A stretch of 64,000 bases of DNA. Origin: Huintestinicola sp. (lineage in GTDB: Bacteria; Bacillota; Clostridia; Oscillospirales; Ruminococcaceae). The position numbers and the translations under genes were made by a program. The notes under the pieces are model-generated. The model ran no database searches. It was not told where the DNA came from and saw only the letters and a program-made list of their open reading frames with translations. How positions within the stretch are numbered: position 1 is the stretch's first letter; each line of letters begins with the position of its first letter. This document shows positions 17,188 through 26,397 of this stretch, piece after piece. Location of the stretch: positions 598 through 64,597 of the forward strand of contig JBJERW010000088.1 in assembly GCA_051882475.1 (NCBI GenBank), read 5' to 3'.

Positions 17188-18573
17188 ATGGGAAAAGAAA
17201 GATCTTCAGATTACACTCTCGACGATGTAAAGACCGTCGTCGAGAAGGGAACTTGGATTTTCAGGATAGAATTCTACGACAAATCGGGCAAAAGAATTAT
17301 ACGCCGGATTTCTACCGGCATTAAGCTCGACAAACAAAAAAAGTCAAGGTCAAAAACTCACAAGATACCGGAAGAAGTAAGAGCAAAGAAAGAGAAACTG
17401 GCACAACAGCTTGTTGATATGGCAAATCTTGCAAAAAACGGAGGATATTCATCGTCTGACAGCTTCTTTGTCTATCTTGATAAACACAGAGAGGAGCGTC
17501 TTAATAGGACCAACTTGTCTGCCACTACTAAAAAAGGGGATGAATCCAGATTTAATGGAATCAAACAATATCAGGCGCTTGATAAACCTATATCAAAAAT
17601 CACAACAGAAGATCTGGAAGCTTTTCTTTCGATGATCGCATCTCAGCCCGGACGAAAGGGAGAGAAGAAATCAGGTAATACAGTTCAACAATACAAGCTT
17701 ATCATTGACGGTGCCTTTAAACTCGCAAAAAAGAAAGGTGTAATCGTTGAAAATCCTGCCGAAGCTCTTCCCTCATACAGACCACAGTCGGAAAAGATTT
17801 CATCCGATAATGTAATTAGGCCTGATAAACTATTTAAATTCCTTGAAGCAATCAAGGATGAATACATATATCCGTGTGTACTGCTCTCAGCTTGTGCCGG
17901 ATTAAGAAGATCGGAAGCTTTAGGCCTTAGGTGGGACAAGATACAGCTCGTAGGACTGATGGGCTGTGAAAAAGTACCTTCTACCAGATATGGGTATTTC
18001 GAAATATCTCAAAAAATAATTAATATCGGTCCAAACGAAAACCCCGAACGCGCCGAGCATTTGGATGGAATGACTGAGTCCTTTAAAATACAACGCCGCA
18101 TGAAGAACAAAAATTCCTCCCGGCAAGTTATTGTTGTCGAAAAGAAGATAAAGAACCTCATAATTGAGTTGTTCAACAAGCAAATGGCCTCAAGAAAAAC
18201 TTGTGCTGATGCTTGGAATAAAAGGTGGGGAGGAACACCGTTCACAGATGAAACTCAAAAAATATGGGAAGATGGAACGCCTGACTACGGATTTGTCTGT
18301 GTTAATGGCGTTGGCGAACTGATAACCCCCGGACAGGTCGAAGATCATTGGAAACGGCTGAATAAAAAGTATCCTCAATTCATTGAAAATATTACTTTCC
18401 ATGGGCTGAGACATTCATACGCAACGTACCTCATCCACAATGGATATTCTCTCTTCGAAGTATCTCGCCAGCTCGGACACGCCTCAACCCAGGTTACCGA
18501 CAACATTTATATTCATAATGATGCAGGAGACATCGTAAAAGTTTTTAATTCCGACGATGACGACGAAAACTGA
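17188..18573 (+). CDS. int: Tyrosine recombinase/integrase, 461 aa
   Basis: GLRRSEALGLRW, FHGLRHSYAT, LGHAS..VTDNIY catalytic motifs. Confidence 0.95.
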   Translation: MGKERSSDYTLDDVKTVVEKGTWIFRIEFYDKSGKRIIRRISTGIKLDKQKKSRSKTHKIPEEVRAKKEKLAQQLVDMANLAKNGGYSSSDSFFVYLDKHREERLNRTNLSATTKKGDESRFNGIKQYQALDKPISKITTEDLEAFLSMIASQPGRKGEKKSGNTVQQYKLIIDGAFKLAKKKGVIVENPAEALPSYRPQSEKISSDNVIRPDKLFKFLEAIKDEYIYPCVLLSACAGLRRSEALGLRWDKIQLVGLMGCEKVPSTRYGYFEISQKIINIGPNENPERAEHLDGMTESFKIQRRMKNKNSSRQVIVVEKKIKNLIIELFNKQMASRKTCADAWNKRWGGTPFTDETQKIWEDGTPDYGFVCVNGVGELITPGQVEDHWKRLNKKYPQFIENITFHGLRHSYATYLIHNGYSLFEVSRQLGHASTQVTDNIYIHNDAGDIVKVFNSDDDDEN

Positions 18574-18635
18574 GCAAATAATTACAGCCCTTGGCCAGAT
18601 CAAAATGGTCGAGGGTATTTTCATGTCATGCGCGC

Positions 18636-18658
18636 TGATCGCAATTTTGATCGCAATT
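18636..18658. repeat. TGATCGCAATT direct repeat x2; probable integrase arm-type sites
   Basis: 18636-18646 and 18648-18658, between int stop and tRNA 3' end. Confidence 0.55.
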
Positions 18659-18696
18659 GAATTATTATTATAACGGACTTCGTTAAAATCAGACAT

Positions 18697-18735
18697 AAAA
18701 AATCCCTCAAACGGCGTAGATACGCCATTTGAGGG
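18697..18735 (-). terminator. Terminator after tRNA-Leu
   Basis: ccctcaaa-cggcgta..tacgcca-tttgaggg stem plus T-tract on minus strand. Confidence 0.75.
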
Positions 18736-18736
18736 T

Positions 18737-18823
18737 TGGTGCCGCTAACCGGACTTGAACCGGTACGGGGGTTAGCCCGAGGGATTTTAAGTCCCTTGTG
18801 TCTGCCGATTTCACCACAGCGGC
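18737..18823 (-). tRNA. tRNA-Leu (UAA); probable integration site
   Basis: GCCGCTG/TAGCGGC acceptor stem, anticodon loop CTTAAAA, long variable arm, GGTTCAAGTCC T-arm, encoded CCA. Confidence 0.97.
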
Positions 18824-18838
18824 TGATTAAGTGTATTA

Positions 18839-18867
18839 ATTATATCATAATGTTAAGAAAATGTCAA
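18839..18867 (-). promoter_or_regulatory. tRNA promoter
   Basis: TTGACA-17-TATAAT exact consensus. Confidence 0.85.
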
Positions 18868-19097
18868 TGCTTTTTTATGCAATAATTTTGACAAGTAGAT
18901 TTTTGAAAATGAGATTACATCATCATTTTTATTCCCGATATGTTTCCAATGGCTGATATTATTCAGTGGAGATGCATTTTCCGATATGCGTCAGAATGGG
19001 AAAAATGTTGTTCTGCAAACAGAAGCTGAGCTGACACAAAATGCGTCAGCTCAGCTTCAATTTATAGGGGTTTATTGGTGGTTTGTAGGGGGAGGGG

Positions 19098-22000
19098 CTA
19101 TTGAACAGTGCTTTTATCCTCAATAGTGATGAGCGATTCGAATTTATCCGAGGTAAGGGGACGATAGTAATAATATCCCTGCGCTGCATCGCAGCCTGCG
19201 TGTTTCAGGAAGGATACCTGTTCGATGGTTTCGATTCCCTCGGAAACGACCTTGAGCCTCAGCTTCTTTGCAAGAGTGAGTATGCTCGTTACAACAGCCT
19301 TGTCCCTTTCGCTCAGAGCGTTCTGCTTGAAGAATCCGCCGTCTACCTTGAGCACGTCTACGGGGAGTACAGTGATAAGGTTAAGCGTTGAGAACCCTGT
19401 TCCGAAGTCGTCAACGGAAATGCTGAAGCCTATCTCTCTCAGCTCGTTTATAACTCCGATAAGGTGGTCAAGATTGCGTGAGAACATGCTCTCGGTTATT
19501 TCAAGCTCAATGAACCGTGGAGATATCCTGTATTCGCGGATAAGAGCGGAGATCTTCTGGGGGAAATCATCGCCCTTTAGATGCTCGCGTGAAACGTTCA
19601 CCGATACGATGGGCACGTTCCTGCCCTCGTCTATCCAGCGTCTGATGTCGGAGAATACCCGTTTGTAGACCGCAAAATCCATTTCCGCAATGAATCCGTT
19701 TTCCTCAAACATGGGCACAAATTCCCCCGGGGAGATTATCTCGCCGTCGGGACGTATCCAGCGGACAAGCGCTTCGGCGCCTGCAATCTTTTCTGTTCCC
19801 AGAGATATCTTGGGCTGGTAGTATACCTTGAATTCGTCGTTTTCGAGAGCGTCATACATGATCTCTTCAAGGTACTTGCGCCGTGAGAGCATTTCGTCAA
19901 GGGACGCATCGTAGACAGCTGTGCCGTAGCCTGTTTTTGACAGAGCATTTTTTATGGTTTTTCTTGCGATGTTTGCCTTGTCGATACCTTCTGAAAGGAT
20001 AGAGTCTCCCGGTTTGAGCAGGTAAATTCCCGCAATCAGTGATATCTTCTCGCCCGAATATTCGGCGGCAATGATGTCCCTTGCTTTTTTCAGGGCGGCG
20101 GATATCTTGTCACGCAGTTCACATATATCGGGGCAGTGCATAAGTCCTGCAAATTTTCCTCCGCCGATACGGCAGATAAGCTCGCCGCTTTCAACGATCT
20201 CCGTTAAGCATTCCGCAATTGTCGTAAGAATGCTGTTTCCTGCGGAATAGCCTTCACGCTCGTTAAAATTTCTGAACCTGTCAACGCTGAGGGATATAAC
20301 GGCATAATCGGAAAAAGGCTTTTCCATCAGGACAAGTGCTTCGGCGCTGAAACGCTCGTAGGTCATGAGTCCCGTTATGGTGTCCTTGAAGCGGACACGG
20401 TGGATAAATCCGGTAACGTCCGTCCAGCAGACGAGAATGTTTTCCTTGCCGTTAAGGTCAGTTATTTTTGTGGCGGTAGTGGTATACCAGCCGTCAAGGC
20501 AGTCGTAATACGCTTCTGCCGAGGGACGAGGGTTATCCTCGGAAAACTGTGGGATAGGGCAGTGGCGGCAGGGGGAGTCGGCGTTCATTATGCATTTGTA
20601 GCAGGTCTTGCCGATCTCTGCGTTGGGGAATGTCCTTGAAGCGTAGGGACTTACATAGGTTATTTTGTAGTCGGTTGGATCTACCGCATAGCTTGTCAGC
20701 TGCTGATTTTCCAGCATTGCCTTGGTGTAGAATACCGAGCTGTTAAGGCGCTTCTGACTGCGGAACTTGATTATGTAAGCGGAGATCATTTTTGTTATTG
20801 CCGTAAAGGATGTGGTTTCGGCATCGGTCCATTTTGCCGTGTTCCCGATGCGCTCAAAGCTTATCAGACCCGCAAGATCGTCATTTTCATAGAAGGGACA
20901 GCGGAAAAAGGCGGATATATCCGTTTGGGTGAAGAAATTTCTCTGCTTTTCGGTAAGGTTTTCGTCGCCCAGCGAAACGCAGTAATAATGTTTATCGTCA
21001 AAAAATATCTTAAATTCGTGCCAGTTCCTGTTTGCAAATGATATATATCCGTTTTCGGTGCCTGCTTCGTCGGAACTCCAGCTGCAAATGGTTTCTATAC
21101 CGCCCGATTCGGATTTCCCGATAGCGTATATCCTGCCCAGCCCGAAGTATTTTCCGATCTCGGGGAAAAGGGCGTCCGCCGCTTCATCAAGGGTAGAAGC
21201 GCTGCTGAATGTGCTCAGGGCAAAATCAAAAATGCTCTTGCCCACGTTGTTGAGGTTTGATATGCCTTTTTCGTCAGAGGAGGTGCGATAGTTTTTGGAA
21301 GTGGTTTCTCCCACCGCATCGTCCTGTTCTTTGCTGTAAAGCAGGCAGCCGTTTTTCGAGGTTGTTTTTACACAGCGGAGAGCAATATCCGCTTCTCTGT
21401 AGAGGAGGTCAAAATCCGCCGAAGCGTCGGAAAGAGCTATGCCTGCGCTGACCGTGTGGGAATCTCCTCTGTCGAAGCAGTGCTCCGAGTAAGTGTTTGT
21501 CAGCGATTTTATATCGCTCAGTATATCCTCGTCCGAGAAGCTGCCGGGGTATGTTTTGAAAATCATGAACTCATCGGCGGCGATACGGGCGGTAACGTTG
21601 TCGCTGCCTGCCTGTGAGCTGAAAAATTCGCCGCTTTTTTCAATGACGCTGTCGCCGTAAAAACGTCCGAACCTGTCGTTTATTTCCTTAAAGTCGTCTA
21701 TGTCAAGAATTACGAGAGCCGCTTTGTCGTCCTTTTTAAGGGCGGAGAGTCTTTCGGAAATGACTCCCGAAGCATATTCAAGCCTGTTCAGTCCCGTCAG
21801 AGCGTCGCAGTCTTCGGGAGAGCCGCCTTCGGAAGTGTCGGACAAACATTCGGTGCAGCCCATGACGCTTTTCGGAAGCCCGTCCTCGCCGTATATGGTC
21901 TTGCCCTTGAATCTGAGCTGCTGTATGCGGTAGTTGTCGCTGAACTGACGTATAACAAAGTCTATTTCGTCATCGCCTCTGTCAAGAGCGTCGCAGAATT

Positions 22001-22250
22001 CGTTGAAGATCGGAATATCATCGGGGTAAACAACTCCCCAGTCAAGCATGGATCTGCGGAAGTTGCGGACAGGCTCCAGATCTCCGCTGAATCGTCCCTC
22101 AAGCTTTTTGTACTGCAGGGCACACTTATCCTTAATGACATATTCCCACAGCGCATAGGGACAGAAATCCGCAATGATATCGGCTTTTGTGCGGCTGTTA
22201 GCGCCGCTGCCCGAAATATCAGCAGATCCGGAAATATTGTTGTTATGCAT
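19098..22250 (-). CDS. GGDEF-GAF-GGDEF-EAL protein, probable c-di-GMP phosphodiesterase
   Basis: DALTGL..DIDDFK..ND..G and AADEF; second domain GGGKF; EAL domain YQPK, EALVRW, ELEITES, DDFGTGFS, VVSEGIET; start moved to ATG 22250. Confidence 0.9.
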   Translation of the reverse strand: MHNNNISGSADISGSGANSRTKADIIADFCPYALWEYVIKDKCALQYKKLEGRFSGDLEPVRNFRRSMLDWGVVYPDDIPIFNEFCDALDRGDDEIDFVIRQFSDNYRIQQLRFKGKTIYGEDGLPKSVMGCTECLSDTSEGGSPEDCDALTGLNRLEYASGVISERLSALKKDDKAALVILDIDDFKEINDRFGRFYGDSVIEKSGEFFSSQAGSDNVTARIAADEFMIFKTYPGSFSDEDILSDIKSLTNTYSEHCFDRGDSHTVSAGIALSDASADFDLLYREADIALRCVKTTSKNGCLLYSKEQDDAVGETTSKNYRTSSDEKGISNLNNVGKSIFDFALSTFSSASTLDEAADALFPEIGKYFGLGRIYAIGKSESGGIETICSWSSDEAGTENGYISFANRNWHEFKIFFDDKHYYCVSLGDENLTEKQRNFFTQTDISAFFRCPFYENDDLAGLISFERIGNTAKWTDAETTSFTAITKMISAYIIKFRSQKRLNSSVFYTKAMLENQQLTSYAVDPTDYKITYVSPYASRTFPNAEIGKTCYKCIMNADSPCRHCPIPQFSEDNPRPSAEAYYDCLDGWYTTTATKITDLNGKENILVCWTDVTGFIHRVRFKDTITGLMTYERFSAEALVLMEKPFSDYAVISLSVDRFRNFNEREGYSAGNSILTTIAECLTEIVESGELICRIGGGKFAGLMHCPDICELRDKISAALKKARDIIAAEYSGEKISLIAGIYLLKPGDSILSEGIDKANIARKTIKNALSKTGYGTAVYDASLDEMLSRRKYLEEIMYDALENDEFKVYYQPKISLGTEKIAGAEALVRWIRPDGEIISPGEFVPMFEENGFIAEMDFAVYKRVFSDIRRWIDEGRNVPIVSVNVSREHLKGDDFPQKISALIREYRISPRFIELEITESMFSRNLDHLIGVINELREIGFSISVDDFGTGFSTLNLITVLPVDVLKVDGGFFKQNALSERDKAVVTSILTLAKKLRLKVVSEGIETIEQVSFLKHAGCDAAQGYYYYRPLTSDKFESLITIEDKSTVQ

Positions 22251-22483
22251 ATTATCACCGTCCGGTAAGTTTTGTGTCGTATTGCTCACGATATGCCGCA
22301 GTCCCGTTTTGCACGGAACAGTATGATTTTTCAATAATTTGATACAGAATAGTCTTGATTTATGTAAATTATACATCATTTTCATCTAAAAGTCAACAGA
22401 TTTTTAAAATTATTACAAAAAAATCGCCCGATATCATTTTGATTTTGCTTAATGTACATAAAAATATGATTTACGTATAAACT

Positions 22484-22501
22484 TTGTTAAATTTTTGACA
22501 A
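22484..22501. promoter_or_regulatory. Probable Rex operator upstream of the succinate cluster
   Basis: TTGTTAA-ATTT-TTGACAA, one mismatch to clostridial TTGTTAA-N4-TTAACAA. Confidence 0.55.
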
Positions 22502-22700
22502 AAACGTTGGTTTCTATCTTTTTACTCTTGATTTTTTAGATTTTTTGTGATAGAATAATATGCAAAGAGAAAATGTGCGTCTGTGACACCGGGTCGGTGC
22601 TTCTTTTGAACGCATATTGGACCGGATCCGTATATATTTTAACCGAGCCTTGATGAATTTTTTTCGAGGACAAAAAATTAAAGAAAGCGGGAAATGTTTT

Positions 22701-23642
22701 ATGAGCAACAAAGTTACAGTTATCGGCGCAGGAAGCGTTGGCTCCACTATTGCTTACACCATGGTGGTAAACGGCATCGCATCCGAGATCGTTCTTGTGG
22801 ATATCAACGAGAACAAGGCTTTAGGCGAAGCAATGGACATCTGTCAGGGCGTTCCTTTCTGCTCACCTGTTTCCATCTATGCCGGCAGCTATGAGGACGC
22901 AAAGGATTCCGACATTGTTATTCTTACATCGGGTATGGCAAGAAAGCCGGGTCAGTCCCGTCTTGACCTTGCTCAGATGAATGTTGATATCACAAAGTCC
23001 ATTATCCCTCAGATCGTCAAGGCTGCTCCGAACGCTATCTATATTATAGTAAGCAACCCTATCGACATTCTCACATATCAGTTCCACAAGACTTCGGGAC
23101 TTCCCGCAAACCACATCATCGGTTCGGGTACAACTCTCGACACATCACGTCTGCGCACAGGCCTTTCCGAAACCTTCAACATCAGCCAGCGCAACGTTCA
23201 CGCTTACGTTTTCGGCGAGCACGGCGATTCTTCCTTCGTTCCGTGGTCCCTTGCAAATATCTCCAATATCCCGATCCAGCAGTATCTTGAATGTCTCCCC
23301 GCTGACAAGAAGCCGAACCTCGACTATGCGGCTATCGAGGAGTACACAAGAAAATCCGGCGCAAAGATCATCGCAAACAAGGGCGCTACATTCTATGCGA
23401 TCGCTATTTCCGTTTGCCACATCTGCAAGTGCCTGTTCAGCGGAATCGACACAACTCTCACAGTATCCACAATGATGAACGGTGAGTACGGTATCAGCGA
23501 TGTATGTCTGAGCACACTTTCCGTTATCGGCAGGGACGGGGTTGAGGGCAAGCTGAATGTTCCTCTTACAGACGAGGAGGTCGCAAAGCTCAGAAACAGC
23601 GCAGAAAGCCTCAAGAACGTTATCAAGAGCCTCAAGTTCTGA
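22701..23642 (+). CDS. mdh: LDH-like malate dehydrogenase
   Basis: GAGSVG, SNPID, LDTSRLR, GEHGDS; loop GMARKPGQSRLDL has Arg (MDH-type) at the specificity position; next to fumC. Confidence 0.75.
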   Translation: MSNKVTVIGAGSVGSTIAYTMVVNGIASEIVLVDINENKALGEAMDICQGVPFCSPVSIYAGSYEDAKDSDIVILTSGMARKPGQSRLDLAQMNVDITKSIIPQIVKAAPNAIYIIVSNPIDILTYQFHKTSGLPANHIIGSGTTLDTSRLRTGLSETFNISQRNVHAYVFGEHGDSSFVPWSLANISNIPIQQYLECLPADKKPNLDYAAIEEYTRKSGAKIIANKGATFYAIAISVCHICKCLFSGIDTTLTVSTMMNGEYGISDVCLSTLSVIGRDGVEGKLNVPLTDEEVAKLRNSAESLKNVIKSLKF

Positions 23643-23783
23643 TAATTTATACAGCATTTCAAGGCGGCAGACGTTTTTTAACACTGCCGCCATAAGTCGT
23701 GCTGCGGCACTGTGCGAAAAATGACGCATTATGCGGAAAAATCAAGTTGTCAATTCATATAATTATAAAGGAGTACATATCTG

Positions 23784-25160
23784 ATGGAATACCGTATTGA
23801 ACACGATTCAATGGGCGAGGTCAAGGTCCCTGCCGACAAGTATTGGGCAGCGCAGACCGAAAGAAGCCATGAGAACTTCCTTATCGGCGTCGGCATCGAA
23901 ACCATGCCAAGGGAGATCACAAAGGCTTTCGGATACCTGAAAAAGGCTGCTGCAATGGCAAACCATGCTCTCAAGCCCGAAAAGATGACCGATGAAAAGC
24001 TTGCGGCTATAAGCAAGGCTTGCGACGAGGTCATCAGCGGAAGCCTGAACGACCATTTCCCTCTTGTTGTATGGCAGACGGGAAGCGGAACACAGTCCAA
24101 CATGAACGCAAACGAGGTCATCGCCAACAGGGGCAACGAGATCGCAGGAAAGAAGCTGCTTCACCCCAATGACGATATCAACATGAGCCAGTCCTCCAAC
24201 GATACCTTCCCGACGGCAATGCACATTTCCGCCGTTATGACTATCGAGGACAAGCTTTTCCCCGCTATCGACCTGCTTATCGGCACCTTCAAGCGCCTTG
24301 AGGAAGAGAACAAGGGCATCGTAAAGAGCGGAAGAACCCACCTTCAGGACGCAACTCCCATCGACTTTGCACAGGAGATAAGCGGCTGGAGATCCTCCCT
24401 CGAAAAGGATAAGAAGCTGCTTGAAATAGCTCTTCCCGAGCTTAAGGAGCTTGCTCTCGGCGGTACAGCCGTTGGTACGGGACTCAACACTCCCAAGGGC
24501 TTCGATGTTAAGGTAGCTGAGGCTGTTTCCGAGCTTACAGGCAAGAAGTTCGTTACAGCTCCCAACAAGTTCCACGCTCTTACCTCAAAGGACGAGATAG
24601 TATTCGCACACGGCGCTCTCAAGGCTCTTGCTGCGGATATGATGAAGATCGCAAACGACGTAAGATGGCTTGCCAGCGGACCCAGAGATGGTCTTGGCGA
24701 GATAAAGATCCCCGAAAACGAACCCGGCTCTTCTATCATGCCCGGAAAGGTAAACCCCACACAGTGCGAGGCTGTAACAATGGTTGCCGTTCAGGTTATG
24801 GGCAACGACGTTGCTGTGGGAATGGCAGCAAGCCAGGGCAACTTCGAGCTTAACGTGTTCATGCCCGTATGTATATACAATTTCCTCCAGTCCGCAAGAC
24901 TGCTTGCAGAGTGCATCGTTTCCTTCAACAACAACTGCGCTGTTGGCATCAAGGCTGACAAGGAAAAAATGCACCACAATCTCCACAATTCTCTTATGCT
25001 CGTTACGGCACTCAATCCTTACATAGGCTACGAGAACGCCGCAAAAACTGCAAAGAAGGCCTACAAGGACAACATTTCCCTCAAGGAAGCCTGCGTTGAA
25101 CTTGGATTCCTCACCGCAGAAAAATTCGACGAGGTTTTTCATCCCGAACAGATGATATAA
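23784..25160 (+). CDS. fumC: Class II fumarate hydratase
   Basis: [41 protein letters not shown]. Confidence 0.95.
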   Translation: MEYRIEHDSMGEVKVPADKYWAAQTERSHENFLIGVGIETMPREITKAFGYLKKAAAMANHALKPEKMTDEKLAAISKACDEVISGSLNDHFPLVVWQTGSGTQSNMNANEVIANRGNEIAGKKLLHPNDDINMSQSSNDTFPTAMHISAVMTIEDKLFPAIDLLIGTFKRLEEENKGIVKSGRTHLQDATPIDFAQEISGWRSSLEKDKKLLEIALPELKELALGGTAVGTGLNTPKGFDVKVAEAVSELTGKKFVTAPNKFHALTSKDEIVFAHGALKALAADMMKIANDVRWLASGPRDGLGEIKIPENEPGSSIMPGKVNPTQCEAVTMVAVQVMGNDVAVGMAASQGNFELNVFMPVCIYNFLQSARLLAECIVSFNNNCAVGIKADKEKMHHNLHNSLMLVTALNPYIGYENAAKTAKKAYKDNISLKEACVELGFLTAEKFDEVFHPEQMI

Positions 25161-25184
25161 ATTCAACGAAAGGACAGTAAAGCT

Positions 25185-25958
25185 ATGGTTTACAGTTATT
25201 ATCCGGGCTGTACTTTAAAGAACAAGGCTAAGGAGCTTGACAAGTACGCCCGTCTTTCTGCCGAAGCATTGGGCATCACTCTTGACGAGCTCAAGGACTG
25301 GCAGTGCTGCGGCGGAGTTTATCCGATGGCAAAGGACGAGATCGCAACAAAGCTTTCTTCCGTGCGCTCCCTTGCTGCCGCTAAGGCTGAGGGCAGAGAT
25401 CTTATCACACTCTGCTCCGCTTGCCACAACGTCCTCAAGCAGGTAAACAACGATATGCGCACCGATGAGGACATCGCTCTGAGAGTCAACAACTACATGA
25501 AGCTTGACGAGGAATATCACGGCGAAACAAATGTTATCCACTATCTTGAAATGCTCAGAGATGTTGTGGGATTTGACAACCTCAAGGCGAAGGTAGTAAA
25601 GCCCCTCACAGGAAAGAAGATCGCAGCATATTACGGCTGCCTCCTCCTCCGTCCCGGCAAGGTCCTCCGGATGGACAGCCCCGAAAACCCCAAGATCATG
25701 GAGGATTTCATCAGAGCAATAGGCGCTGAGCCTGTTATCTACCCCATGAGAAACGAATGCTGCGGCGGATATGTTACCGTTGAGGACAAGGAAGTTGCCG
25801 CAAAGAGAAGCGCAAAGGTAGTTGACAGCGCTGCCGCATTCTCGGCTGATATGATGGTTACCGCCTGTCCGCTTTGCATGTACAACTTAAAGAACGACAA
25901 GGTCCCCGTTTATTACTTCACGGAGCTTCTCGCCGAAGCGCTTGGCGTAAAGGACTGA
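25185..25958 (+). CDS. hdrB: Heterodisulfide reductase subunit B-like
   Basis: YYPGC, CCGG twice, CSAC, YYGCLL, CPLC (CCG domains). Confidence 0.9.
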   Translation: MVYSYYPGCTLKNKAKELDKYARLSAEALGITLDELKDWQCCGGVYPMAKDEIATKLSSVRSLAAAKAEGRDLITLCSACHNVLKQVNNDMRTDEDIALRVNNYMKLDEEYHGETNVIHYLEMLRDVVGFDNLKAKVVKPLTGKKIAAYYGCLLLRPGKVLRMDSPENPKIMEDFIRAIGAEPVIYPMRNECCGGYVTVEDKEVAAKRSAKVVDSAAAFSADMMVTACPLCMYNLKNDKVPVYYFTELLAEALGVKD

Positions 25959-26001
25959 TATACAGATCCGCAACCATTATTCAGAAAGGAATGAAAAATA
26001 C

Positions 26002-26379
26002 ATGGATAAAAGAGAAGAGATCCTCCGCATCAGCGGCGTGGACGTCCGCAAGTGCATGCGCTGCGGAAAGTGCTCTGGCACATGTCCCTCCTATGATGAG
26101 ATGGAATTTCATCCCCACCAGTTCGTATACATGGTCGAATCAGGCAACATCGAGCCTCTTATGAAGTCCGATTCCCTTTACAAGTGCCTTTCCTGCTTCG
26201 CCTGTGTCGAAAGATGTCCCAGAGGCGTTGAGCCAGCAAAGGTCGTTGAGGCTGTTCGTCTTTCGGTTATCAGACAGAAGGGACAGAATCACCTTAAGGC
26301 AAACATGATCCCCGAAAAGCTTGACGAGAATATTCCCCAGCAGGCTCTTGTCAGCGCTTTCCGTAAATACAGTAAATAA
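26002..26379 (+). CDS. hdrC: Heterodisulfide reductase subunit C-like
   Basis: CMRCGKCSGTCP and CLSCFACVERCP. Confidence 0.88.
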   Translation: MDKREEILRISGVDVRKCMRCGKCSGTCPSYDEMEFHPHQFVYMVESGNIEPLMKSDSLYKCLSCFACVERCPRGVEPAKVVEAVRLSVIRQKGQNHLKANMIPEKLDENIPQQALVSAFRKYSK

Positions 26380-26397
26380 TTAAGGAGGAGAAAAGTA

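Larger units (their letters stand above)
1..18740. mobile_element. Right end of an integrated element (prophage- or ICE-like) inserted at tRNA-Leu; left boundary outside window
   Basis: Visibly more AT-rich than sequence after ~19 kb; ends with xis + tyrosine integrase next to a tRNA 3' end; cargo of orphan and defence-type genes; no virion or T4SS genes seen. Confidence 0.85.

Noticed and set aside
1-18740. Definite prophage or definite ICE call
   Set aside because: No capsid, terminase, relaxase or VirB4 gene in the window
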